Assembly: GCA_001790855.1 (NCBI GenBank)
Contig: MGDH01000018.1
Location: 14,207 to 78,206, forward strand
Length of the DNA stretch: 64,000 nt
Direction: 5' to 3'
DNA from: Candidatus Schekmanbacteria bacterium RIFCSPLOWO2_02_FULL_38_14
Lineage (GTDB): Bacteria > Schekmanbacteria > GWA2-38-11
In this document: piece by piece, positions 8,900 through 17,923 of the stretch
Layout: every line of letters begins with the position of its first letter
Numbering within the stretch: the first letter of the stretch is position 1
Program-made: the position numbers and the translations under genes
Notes under the pieces: model-generated
What the model saw: only the letters and a program-made list of their open reading frames with translations
Databases searched by the model: none
Told to the model about the DNA's origin: nothing

Positions 8900-10203
8900 T
8901 TCTTTATTTCCTTGTGATGAGGAATCTTTGACCAGTTTGAAAGTATATATATTATAACAAGAATATCACCTGCCCCTTTAAGCAGAAATGGCGTTGTAAA
9001 TCCTATATTGTCAAATAAGTAGCCTCCTATGAGGGCAAAAAACATTATCCCTATTGCTCCTGTTGTGTTGAATCCCCCAAGAACAGAACCTACAATTTCC
9101 TTTGGTGCCAGGTCTGCTGTCAGGGTTTGTGCGGCAATGGTCATTCCAGAAATTCCGAATCCAAGAAAAGTCATAAAAAGATAAATAAACGGCGAGAAAG
9201 GGGAAGAGAGAAACCCGAGTCCCAAATATGCTATGCCGCTTAGACCAAGGCACAGACAGAGAACGCTTTTCCTGCTCCATCTGTCAGTAAGATAACCAAA
9301 AAGCGGTGATGAGAGCGCTGCAAGAATCACATTGAAACCCATAACAGCAGAAGCAAGCGCTGTTGCAAATGCAGAGGTTTTGCCAAAATTCTGCGCTACC
9401 TTAACAGCCCATGTAATAAGAAAGAGCCCGAGAATTGACTGGTCAGCCCTTGCAGAAAAGGCGGAAACAAAGCATACCCGCAAACCAACGCTTTCCTTTG
9501 CGGCAGTAAGAACTCTTTTCCACTCCTTTTTTTCAAGCGAGTGATGAGGAGCCTTGCTTTTTGAAGTTCTATCTACTATGCCTGCAGCAACAACAGTGAA
9601 TCCAAGAACTCCGAGAATCGGTCCAAGATAGAAAAATTCCATAATTCCAACAAGCTGAGGAAGCCTTGAGAGGAAAATAAGGGAGATTACAGCTCCTAAT
9701 ATTCCAATAAGGTTTACTGCCCCCATCCCTTTCCCCCTGCTTTCAACAGAGGTATAGTCAGCAATCAGGGTTATGAGCTGAGGCCAGAGAAAAAGAAAAG
9801 CCAATGCATTTACCCCGCGCAGAATATATACAATTATTACAGGGTCAATTCCAAGTGATGCTGCTATTGAATTCGAGTATCCATAGACGAAGAACACGCT
9901 TCCAAAAAGGATATATCCTGTTGCCATCAGAATTTTTCTTCCAAACCTGTCTGAAAGGATTCCTATGTAGCCGACAAATGCAATGTTAACTATCTCCATA
10001 ATAATCTGGAGGTTGGCATTTATCTTTCCGTATGATGAAGGGTCAATTTTAATAACCTTCTCAAGCCAGATTGGCTGGATAATATGGAAAAGAGGGAGGA
10101 TTATATTGATAAGAAATGCTGCACAGATAAGGGACCAGAAGTTAACTGGCTTAAGACCTTCAGCAATTCTGACCCAGAGGGTTTTGTAACCAGATTTTGT
10201 CAT
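8896..10203 (-). CDS. MFS transporter (second, tandem)
   Basis: Hydrophobic 435-aa protein with MFS-like loop SDRFGRKILM; co-directional with the kinase and MFS genes. Confidence 0.75.
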   Translation of the reverse strand: MTKSGYKTLWVRIAEGLKPVNFWSLICAAFLINIILPLFHIIQPIWLEKVIKIDPSSYGKINANLQIIMEIVNIAFVGYIGILSDRFGRKILMATGYILFGSVFFVYGYSNSIAASLGIDPVIIVYILRGVNALAFLFLWPQLITLIADYTSVESRGKGMGAVNLIGILGAVISLIFLSRLPQLVGIMEFFYLGPILGVLGFTVVAAGIVDRTSKSKAPHHSLEKKEWKRVLTAAKESVGLRVCFVSAFSARADQSILGLFLITWAVKVAQNFGKTSAFATALASAVMGFNVILAALSSPLFGYLTDRWSRKSVLCLCLGLSGIAYLGLGFLSSPFSPFIYLFMTFLGFGISGMTIAAQTLTADLAPKEIVGSVLGGFNTTGAIGIMFFALIGGYLFDNIGFTTPFLLKGAGDILVIIYILSNWSKIPHHKEIKK

Positions 10204-10212
10204 TTTTAATCC

Positions 10213-11331
10213 TTATATATATTTAACAAAAAAATCTTTTAGCCCTTTCAGCTCTTCATATTTCTCAAGATTCTCCTTCACATATCTCAGTGTATCCGGG
10301 ATATACTGCAAATAGAAATCATTTCCTTTTCCCATTTTTTGAAAAGCAAATGTTCCTATGGCTTTAATGTTTCTCTGGACAGACATAAAATCAAATAATT
10401 TTCTAAACTCTTTTCTGTCTGTGTTGGTGCTGTAATGCTCATCAATCCTGAGAATATAATATTCTATAAGTCCATCCCTTAAAGAATCATCAAGAACCAC
10501 ATAAGAGTCCCTCAGCAGTGACGCAAGGTCATACTGGCAGAGTCCCATCCTTGCATCCTGAAAATCTACCATTGCAAGCTCATTGCCAACAACCATCAGG
10601 TTTCTTGAATGGTAATCCCTATGGGCAAAAACTCGTGGCTCTTGCGCAAGTTTCTGTGAAAGTTTTAAAAATTCATTATTTAAATTTATTAAATCATCAT
10701 TGCTGATTTCTGCCATAAGGAGACCTTCAAGGTAATGCTCTCTGAAAAAATTCAATTCAAACATAAATTTTTCAACATCGAATGACAGGGTAAAGGCTAT
10801 GCTTTTTGGCTTTTTTGGGATGGATGCTTTTACCTGCAAATGAACAAGAAGAGCAACTGCTTTTTCATAGAGGTTTTTTTTTCTTTTACCATCAAGAAAA
10901 GATAACCTCCTTTCCATAGTTTCATCACCCAGGTCCTCAAGCAAGAGGAATTTTTCATCTCCGTCAAAACCATATATCTCAGGAACCCTCAACCCTGATT
11001 TTTTCAGATGTTCCTGCACATCAATAAAGGAAAGATTTTTGCCTGAAAACCCTTCCTGCAGTTCCATTACAATTAATGACTTCTTTGCGCCTCCAGTTTT
11101 GTAGCTGTACCTGTAAAAAGAGCGGTCTGAAGCATCTCCTGGAAGTTTTTCAGTTTTCAGAGTCTCAATTTTCCCCTTATGGAGATTTTCAATAGCAAGC
11201 TTGATTTTCAAACTCATGGAAGGATTTATTTGTCCACAGACTTTTGTATTAATATAATCTTGAAGTTTATCTCTTTCCAATTGTAATTCAACTTGTTTTG
11301 AATTTATAAAAATATTTTTTTTATTATCCAT
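10213..11331 (-). CDS. APH/choline-kinase-family phosphotransferase
   Basis: Brenner motif HRDYHSRNLMV and VDFQDARMG (DFG-like) typical of the aminoglycoside phosphotransferase / ChoK / AmgK family; first gene of a kinase-MFS-MFS operon. Confidence 0.65.
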   Translation of the reverse strand: MDNKKNIFINSKQVELQLERDKLQDYINTKVCGQINPSMSLKIKLAIENLHKGKIETLKTEKLPGDASDRSFYRYSYKTGGAKKSLIVMELQEGFSGKNLSFIDVQEHLKKSGLRVPEIYGFDGDEKFLLLEDLGDETMERRLSFLDGKRKKNLYEKAVALLVHLQVKASIPKKPKSIAFTLSFDVEKFMFELNFFREHYLEGLLMAEISNDDLINLNNEFLKLSQKLAQEPRVFAHRDYHSRNLMVVGNELAMVDFQDARMGLCQYDLASLLRDSYVVLDDSLRDGLIEYYILRIDEHYSTNTDRKEFRKLFDFMSVQRNIKAIGTFAFQKMGKGNDFYLQYIPDTLRYVKENLEKYEELKGLKDFFVKYI

Positions 11332-11416
11332 AACTACACCTAACGACAGACATTACTCGCGAGTGTCCGAAGGGCGCAAGTTAGGTGCATGCCTTTATTA
11401 GATTTGCTTTTACATA

Positions 11417-12427
11417 CTAAATGATGTTGTCACTCTTTTTTCGATTACACTTCTCACACAGAAGTTCTATGTTTCTTGCAGTGTTACTTCCACCTTTTGA
11501 AACAGGTACCATATGGTCAAATTCTAACCTCTCTCGGCTTCCACATTTTACGCATGATCCATCATCACGTTTCCAGACGAATCTCTTTACTTCATCAGGA
11601 ATTCTTTGTCTATCAGGCTTTATACATTTCTCCTGAATAGGAATAGTATCATAGACCCTATCAATTAATTGTTCAGGTCTCCTCTTTATTAATTGTTCAA
11701 GTCTTCTCTTTCCATCTTTTTTTATAGAGAGTCCATGACTTGGCAGGATTGTATCAAAACTATAGTTCAACAACTTTGGTAGATTATCCCATGCCTTTTT
11801 GTAGGAAAAGCAAGACCATTCTGCTGAAAGGTTTAATTCCTCAGGTGCCATTTTAGGATTTAAAAGATTCTTCCCTAAAACTGTATCACCTGTAATAAGT
11901 ACCTTGTTTCGATAGAGCAAGCATATATTTCCTTTTGTATGCCCTTCAATGTGAATTATTCTTAAATCTTCATTAAAGAATTCATCATCTTTTAAACTGA
12001 TATCCACTTTACAGGGCGCAACATCAAAATGTTTTTGAAGCTCTTCAGGAACAAATTGAGGATTTGAAACCTTTTCTCTGCCTTCAATGAATGGTATGTC
12101 AGCGCTGTGTGCAGCAACAGGAACATTTAATTCTTCTTTAAGTTGGGCAAGGTTTCCTGTGTGGTCCCCATGGCAGTGAGTGCATATGATGACATCAACT
12201 TTGAACTTGTTTTTTTTCAAAAAGTTAAGGATTGTATGGTGAGAGCCCTTTTTAAAAAATTCAAATCCTCCTTCGCCAAAATTATATCCGTTTTTTGAAA
12301 GAAAATTCAAGACATCATTGTGCAATGGCTTTAGCCCGGTATCTACCAGTATCTTTTCAGACCCGTCTATATAAAATGCTTTTGTATTTGCCAGCTCAAT
12401 TTCATGGACACCATGAAAACTGTTCAT
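11417..12427 (-). CDS. fusion protein: N-terminal MBL-fold metallo-hydrolase plus C-terminal HNH endonuclease domain
   Basis: HCHGDHTGN (HxHxDH metal motif) near residue 85; C-terminal CVKCGSRERLEFDHMVPVSKGGSNTARNIELLCEKCN (HNH Cys4 and catalytic His). Confidence 0.7.
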   Translation of the reverse strand: MNSFHGVHEIELANTKAFYIDGSEKILVDTGLKPLHNDVLNFLSKNGYNFGEGGFEFFKKGSHHTILNFLKKNKFKVDVIICTHCHGDHTGNLAQLKEELNVPVAAHSADIPFIEGREKVSNPQFVPEELQKHFDVAPCKVDISLKDDEFFNEDLRIIHIEGHTKGNICLLYRNKVLITGDTVLGKNLLNPKMAPEELNLSAEWSCFSYKKAWDNLPKLLNYSFDTILPSHGLSIKKDGKRRLEQLIKRRPEQLIDRVYDTIPIQEKCIKPDRQRIPDEVKRFVWKRDDGSCVKCGSRERLEFDHMVPVSKGGSNTARNIELLCEKCNRKKSDNII

Positions 12428-12440
12428 TGCTCTCCCTCTT

Positions 12441-12478
12441 AAAAAATATCCCGTCCTGCAAAAAAATCAGGACGGGAT
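12441..12478 (-). terminator. rho-independent terminator (perfect 11-bp stem atcccgtcctg/caggacgggat) downstream of the 78-aa gene on the minus strand
   Basis: Stem-loop seen directly in sequence; reverse strand shows a T-run after the stem. Confidence 0.5.
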
Positions 12479-12522
12479 TATGTTTATATTCTTACTCTTA
12501 AATAATTGTTTTTCAACAATCA

Positions 12523-12759
12523 CTATTTTTTAATAAGAGGCTCAATTGATTTCATTGCCATAGCAAGAAAGGGCTTTGGTGTGATTTCCTTTACAACTTC
12601 AACAAGAATTTCAGGTGTTACTTTCCCGCCATCCCCGACTTTAGCAACAAGGGTTTCATTCGCTTTTTTTCTGGTCATTTCCTGAAAAGGTTTTGGTGAG
12701 CCGGAAATGAGTTTATCATAGATTTCTTTTGAGTTTCCTTCCCATGCGAATTCAGCCAT
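12523..12759 (-). CDS. small conserved hypothetical protein (78 aa)
   Basis: Clean ORF with its own terminator, co-directional with tusA-moeB; no confident family assignment. Confidence 0.4.
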   Translation of the reverse strand: MAEFAWEGNSKEIYDKLISGSPKPFQEMTRKKANETLVAKVGDGGKVTPEILVEVVKEITPKPFLAMAMKSIEPLIKK

Positions 12760-12935
12760 TTTTTTCCTCCTGTGTAAGGTTTTTTAATAAGTAATTAATG
12801 AAATTTGTTTTGATTATAATTATTATCAAAAAGTTGTCAAGGATGAAAAAAACATAAAAGCCGCCCTGATAATCAGAACGGCTTTTATGTTTTTATAAAA
12901 ACTCTCTCAGGTGAGAGAGAATGGCCCATAGTGTT

Positions 12936-13172
12936 TTATTGTTTGAGGATTATGAGACGAAAAACATCTCCATTTTGTTCAACTTTTAAAACCTTATGCC
13001 CTTCATCTGTAACTGACCTTGGAACATTTTTGATCGGCTCTCCATCTTTCAGAAAAACCTCTAAAATATCGCCTGCCTGAAGGGATTCAAGCTTAAGCTT
13101 GGTTTTCACAAAGGTCATCGGGCATGTTTCTCTGGTTATATCCAATGTTGCTGTAATGGAATATTCGTTCAT
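12936..13172 (-). CDS. tusA: TusA-like sulfur-carrier protein
   Basis: 78 aa with conserved CPxP motif (ETCPMTFVK) at the expected N-terminal position. Confidence 0.75.
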   Translation of the reverse strand: MNEYSITATLDITRETCPMTFVKTKLKLESLQAGDILEVFLKDGEPIKNVPRSVTDEGHKVLKVEQNGDVFRLIILKQ

Positions 13173-13292
13173 TGCTCTTTAAGATAACCCTCCTTTTCTG
13201 CTTTCCAGATATAATCTCTCTTTAAGTTTGTCAATTAGAATTTATCTGAGGGCTTAAAGGAACTCTACTTTAGAGACTTTTTCAAAGACATA

Positions 13293-14096
13293 TTATCTAA
13301 TCCCACAGAACTGTTCGTAGTCAATCAGCTCTTTTATTGATGGGTTTTCACCACAAATAGGGCAGGCAGGGTCTTTTCTTATCTTTAATTCTCTAAATTC
13401 CATATCCAAAGCATCATACATTAAAAGCCTTCCTGTTAAAGGCTCTCCGATTCCAAGTATGATTTTTATGGCTTCTATTGCCTGTATAATTCCAATTATT
13501 CCGGGAAGTACTCCTAATACCCCTGCTTCCTGGCAGCTTGGGACTGCTCCCGGAGGAGGTGGTTGAGGGTAAAGGCACCTGTAGCAAGGGCCATCAAAGG
13601 GTTTAAAGACTGTTGCCTGCCCTTCAAACCTGAAAATACTGCCGTGCACATTTGTCTTTTTTGCAAATACACAGGCATCATTCACAAGATAACGGGTTGG
13701 AAAGTTATCGCATCCGTCTAAAATCACATCATAGTCTTTAATAATTCCCATTATGTTTTTGGAATCTATTCTCTCTTTATATGTTATTACCTTAACATCG
13801 CTGTTTAGTTTGTTTATTGTTTCTTTTGCAGATTCTACTTTTGGTCTTCCCAAGTCAGTGGTGCTGTGGATTATTTGCCTCTGAAGATTGCTCAACTCAA
13901 CAACATCTCCGTCTATTATACCAATTTTTCCTATTCCTGCAGCTCCAAGATAATATGCTGACGGAGAGCCAAGCCCTCCTGCCCCGATAATCAGAACACT
14001 TGACTCAAGAAGCTTTTTCTGTCCCTTTCCGCCAACTTCAGGCAGGATTATATGACGGCTGTATCTTTCTATCTGTTCTTCAGAAAAATCAAACAT
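13293..14096 (-). CDS. moeB: MoeB/ThiF-family E1-like adenylyltransferase (molybdopterin/thiamine sulfur-carrier activation)
   Basis: GAGGLGSPSAYYLGAAGIGKIGIIDGDVVELSNLQRQ nucleotide-binding motif; C-terminal CxxC...CxxC zinc motif (CYRC ... CPIC). Confidence 0.8.
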   Translation of the reverse strand: MFDFSEEQIERYSRHIILPEVGGKGQKKLLESSVLIIGAGGLGSPSAYYLGAAGIGKIGIIDGDVVELSNLQRQIIHSTTDLGRPKVESAKETINKLNSDVKVITYKERIDSKNIMGIIKDYDVILDGCDNFPTRYLVNDACVFAKKTNVHGSIFRFEGQATVFKPFDGPCYRCLYPQPPPPGAVPSCQEAGVLGVLPGIIGIIQAIEAIKIILGIGEPLTGRLLMYDALDMEFRELKIRKDPACPICGENPSIKELIDYEQFCGIR

Positions 14097-14157
14097 TAAA
14101 AACTTACTCCAATAATTAGTCTATAGACCCACGCAACACAATATTATAAAGTAAAAA

Positions 14158-14206
14158 TCAAATCCCCCCTCGCCCCCCTTTAGCAAAGGGGGGTTGGGGG
14201 GATTTG
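14158..14206. repeat. palindromic element family B (AATCCCCCC-TCG-CCCCCC-TTTAGCAAA-GGGGGG-TTG-GGGGGATT)
   Basis: Perfect hairpin with palindromic loop; identical in sequence (reverse orientation) to the copy embedded in ppx at 15989-16033. Confidence 0.65.
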
Positions 14207-14472
14207 AACATTCAATTTATTTAACCTTTGACTTCTTTAAATTCATAAAAAATTGTTTTTGTCAAGGGCTTTTAACTCAATAAAAAAATAGGTCAAGCAA
14301 AGAAATTGAAAATGTATAGTAAGTGCAATTCCCACAGGTTGCTGCAGGGTTGGCAGGGTTGGCAAACGAATCTATAAAAACTGTTACTTGCATTTTGAGA
14401 TTTTCTGCAGTTTATTGGAGGAGCTTCAATTTATTTGACAATTGGATATTTTTCTGATAGCAAAATCTGAAT

Positions 14473-15528
14473 ATGGAAATGGTAGAAATGATAAAAGTTG
14501 GAATCATCGGAACATCGAGCCTGACATCAGGCGAGATTTTAAAAATTTTAATAAACCATCCAAAAGCAAAGCTTGCCTATCTTGAATCAGAACATTTTAC
14601 CGGGAAAAAGGTCTGGGAAGTCCATAAATTCTTAAAAGGAATTCTGGATTTGACTCTTAAGGCTTTTTCTGAAGAAGAGATTATTGAAAACTGCTCTGTG
14701 GTTTTTATTTCAAAGCAACATGACTATGCCTCAAAGATTTCAAGAAAATTGATTGAAAATGGAGTGAAAGTCATAGACCTTGGCGCTGATTTCAGGCTCA
14801 AGGATTGTAAGGAATATCAGAAATGGTATGGGGTTGACCACAAAGACCACGCTCTTGTTAAAATTGCAATTTACGGACTTCCTGAAATATATGGAAATAA
14901 AATCAAAAAGGCAATGCTTGTTGCAAATCCCGGGTGCTATCCAACAAGCATAATACTTGGCTGCAATCCTTTGGTTAAAAATGAATGGATTGACTTGAAG
15001 GATATAATTGTCAGTTCTTATTCTGGAATTTCAGGCGCAGGAAGGTTTGCAAAACCCGGAATGAATCTTTTTATGGACAACTACCGCAATCTTTTTCCTT
15101 ACAATGTGGCTTCTCACCGCCATACCCCTGAGATTGAACAGGAGCTTTCCGTAATTTCCGGAAGTTCAGTTAATCTGACATTTGTTCCCCATGTTGCACC
15201 TCTTGATAAGGGAATTTTAAGCACAATTTACTTGAAACCTGAAAAAAAATGCTCTGAGGATGAAATCAGGGAACTTTATAATGAAGCCTACAGGAAATGT
15301 CATTTTGTAAGGGTATATGGCAAAGGTGAATACCCTTCAACACTGAATGTGGTTGATACCAATTTCTGCGATATAGGGATAAAATATGACGAGCGCAGTA
15401 ATAGAATTATTGTAATTTCTGCAATTGATAATCTTGTAAAGGGAGCTGCAGGACAGGCTGTTCAGAATATGAATATTATGATGGGTATTGATGAAACAGA
15501 GGGATTGCCTGTTGGCAAAAAAATTTAA
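14473..15528 (+). CDS. argC: N-acetyl-gamma-glutamyl-phosphate reductase
   Basis: VGIIGTSSLTSGEIL N-terminus and catalytic MLVANPGCYPTS motif. Confidence 0.85.
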   Translation: MEMVEMIKVGIIGTSSLTSGEILKILINHPKAKLAYLESEHFTGKKVWEVHKFLKGILDLTLKAFSEEEIIENCSVVFISKQHDYASKISRKLIENGVKVIDLGADFRLKDCKEYQKWYGVDHKDHALVKIAIYGLPEIYGNKIKKAMLVANPGCYPTSIILGCNPLVKNEWIDLKDIIVSSYSGISGAGRFAKPGMNLFMDNYRNLFPYNVASHRHTPEIEQELSVISGSSVNLTFVPHVAPLDKGILSTIYLKPEKKCSEDEIRELYNEAYRKCHFVRVYGKGEYPSTLNVVDTNFCDIGIKYDERSNRIIVISAIDNLVKGAAGQAVQNMNIMMGIDETEGLPVGKKI

Positions 15529-15530
15529 AT

Positions 15531-15668
15531 AATAAGTTCAAATTTCAAAATCCAAAATTCAAAATCAAATAAGAGCTTCAAGTGATTATTTTTTCACTTA
15601 AACCTTTGAATCCCTGACACTCTGAACCCTTTTTTATTTGAACTTTGAGCTTTGGCATTTGACATTTT
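15531..15668. repeat. AT-rich palindromic element family A copy
   Basis: aataagttcaaatttcaaaatccaaaattcaaaatc ... ctttgaatccctgacactctgaaccc ... tttgaactttgagctttggcatttgacatttt. Confidence 0.6.
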
Positions 15669-16611
15669 ATATCATCTCCATCATTACACCATAGCGCAGC
15701 CCTCTTGTGCTCACATGTAGCTCATAGAATTTCAGATAGTTTATTATCTCTTCAAGAATAATAGCTCCAGCAATAATAACATCTGCTCTATCAGGTTCAA
15801 GACCTATTATCTTTTTCCTCTCATCCATGTCCTTTTTCTTCAAAACAGAAATAATTCTTTTTAAATTTTCACTTTTCAATTTCCAATTTTCAATTTTCAA
15901 CCTGTCATATCCTGGGATTTTCAGGTCTATCTGCGCAAGGGTGGTGACTGTTCCTGCAACTCCGATTAGAAGATTATCCTTGTTAGGCAAATCCCCCCAA
16001 CCCCCCTTTGCTAAAGGGGGGCGAGGGGGGATTTGCTTGAGATTATTTTTTATTGCTTCCCTTATATTTCTAACCTCATTTTCTTCTACAGGGTCTGATT
16101 TCAAGAACTTTTCTGTCAGTCTCACTGAGCCGATTTCAAGGCTTTTAGAATATTGAATTTTATCATCTGCTCCAAAAATTATTTCAGTGCTTCCTCCTCC
16201 AATATCTATGATTGTTGTATTAATACCTTTATCTTCTATTCCTGAAACTGCTCCAAGAAAAGAAAGCTCAGCTTCTTTTTTCCCTGATATTACTTCAACT
16301 ATTATATCTGTTTCATTTTTTACAAGATTTAAGAAGGCTGATGAGTTTTCTGCCATTCTTAAAGCGCTTGTTCCCACTACCTTGATATTTTCTGCTCCTG
16401 ATTTTTTGCACTTATCAATATAGTCCTTCAGAACGCTGAGGGTTTTTGTCATCGCTTCGTTTTTTATCAGTTTTGTATCATAAACCCCTTTGCCGATTCT
16501 TGTAACTTTTAAATCTTCGTGGATGGGTTCAATGTGTTTATTTTTATCAATTCTTCCTATTAATAATAAAACTGAGTTTGTTCCTATATCTATTGCACCA
16601 TAAGTTTTCAT
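15667..16611 (-). CDS. ppx: Ppx/GppA-family exopolyphosphatase / guanosine pentaphosphate phosphohydrolase
   Basis: MKTYGAIDIGTNSVLLLIG N-terminus and IGGGSTEII actin-like ATPase motifs; carries an in-frame family-B repeat insertion. Confidence 0.8.
   Translation of the reverse strand: MKTYGAIDIGTNSVLLLIGRIDKNKHIEPIHEDLKVTRIGKGVYDTKLIKNEAMTKTLSVLKDYIDKCKKSGAENIKVVGTSALRMAENSSAFLNLVKNETDIIVEVISGKKEAELSFLGAVSGIEDKGINTTIIDIGGGSTEIIFGADDKIQYSKSLEIGSVRLTEKFLKSDPVEENEVRNIREAIKNNLKQIPPRPPLAKGGWGDLPNKDNLLIGVAGTVTTLAQIDLKIPGYDRLKIENWKLKSENLKRIISVLKKKDMDERKKIIGLEPDRADVIIAGAIILEEIINYLKFYELHVSTRGLRYGVMMEMI
15989..16033. repeat. family-B palindromic element embedded in-frame inside ppx (encodes IPPRPPLAKGGWGDLP)
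   Basis: Reverse-complement translation checked by hand: atc ccc cct cgc ccc cct tta gca aag ggg ggt tgg ggg gat ttg cct gives IPPRPPLAKGGWGDLP inside the Ppx ORF. Confidence 0.7.
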
Positions 16612-16848
16612 AAGGTTACTTCAAAAATTAGTTTAATTATTTTTATTCTTGACTCTTGACTATCTTTTAGCTTGCATATATCAAATATGTTTTAAAAGAT
16701 TAAAGCAAAAAAGGATTTGTAGAAACAGACCTTAAGGTCTGTTGTCAACAGGTCTAAAGACCTGTTTCTACATTTTAAAAAACTTACTACTTACAGCTCA
16801 ATGCTTATAGCTTACAGCCATTAAAAGTCTTAAATCAAGGAGAAGTTT

Positions 16849-17904
16849 ATGAGTGAAGTTTTGAATAATAATAGTTTCATAAGCTCTATTGACAAAAGTA
16901 ACATGTACAGGGAACTGGATAATTTTCCAACAACTCTTTCTGAAAAAGTAGCTCTCTCACTTCCTAAAGAATACTCATCTGTTAAAAATATAATGATTGG
17001 CGGAATGGGTGGTTCAGGAATCTGTGGAGATATAATTCAGTCCCTTTTTCTTGAAAAAGCAGATGTGCCGGTTGAAGTAGTAAAAGACTACACCCTTCCA
17101 AAACATATAGGGCCAGACTCTTTGGTTATAGCAATCAGTTATTCAGGAAACACAGAAGAAACTCTTTCGCTTTATGATGAAGCCCGCAGGAGAAAATCAA
17201 AAATCATTGCTATCTCAAATGGCGGGGAATTAGAAGAAAAGGCAAGAAAAAATAAATGCCCTTTTATGAAAGTCAGGGACAGCCTTATGCCAAGGACAGC
17301 CCTCGGGCACCTTCTCAATCCGCTTTTTAACATAATCCTTAAACTTTTTCCAAAAGCATTACCTTACAAGGATATCCTTGAAGCTGAGAAAATCTTAAAA
17401 AAGCTTCAAGAAAAATATACCCTTTCATCTCTGGTTTCTGGAAACAGGGCAAAGGAGATTGCAAAGAGGGTTGAAGGTAAGAATATAATGATTTTTGGTT
17501 CTGAACAAATAACAAAGCCCGCAGTATTCCGTTTAAAGACTCAATTTAATGAGAATTCAAAACTTTCGGTCTATTATAACTTCTTTCCCGAACTTGGGCA
17601 TAATGAAATTATAGGGCTTGCAGATGACCCTGAGTCAAAAAAGAGTACAATAGTTGTATGTCTGCGTTCTTCTATGGAAAATCCTGAGCTTAAGAAATGT
17701 ATTGATGTAGCTCTGGAAATTATAAAACCAAAGGTTGGAAGCATTATAGAATTATGCGGAGAGGGGAAATCAAAACTGGCTCAGATGCTTTCTCTTATCT
17801 GTCTTGGTGACTGGACAAGCTATTATTTTGCAATTCTCAGAAAAGTTGACCCTACACCAGTGCCGTCAATCAATCAATTCAAGAGAATGAAGAAAGAGAG
17901 ATAA
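16849..17904 (+). CDS. bifunctional phosphoglucose/phosphomannose isomerase (SIS-domain, archaeal-type PGI/PMI)
   Basis: 351 aa; SIS motifs GGMGGSGICGDI and ISYSGNTEET; size and architecture of the PGI/PMI family. Confidence 0.7.
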   Translation: MSEVLNNNSFISSIDKSNMYRELDNFPTTLSEKVALSLPKEYSSVKNIMIGGMGGSGICGDIIQSLFLEKADVPVEVVKDYTLPKHIGPDSLVIAISYSGNTEETLSLYDEARRRKSKIIAISNGGELEEKARKNKCPFMKVRDSLMPRTALGHLLNPLFNIILKLFPKALPYKDILEAEKILKKLQEKYTLSSLVSGNRAKEIAKRVEGKNIMIFGSEQITKPAVFRLKTQFNENSKLSVYYNFFPELGHNEIIGLADDPESKKSTIVVCLRSSMENPELKKCIDVALEIIKPKVGSIIELCGEGKSKLAQMLSLICLGDWTSYYFAILRKVDPTPVPSINQFKRMKKER

Positions 17905-17923
17905 TTGGAAATTGAAAATTTAT

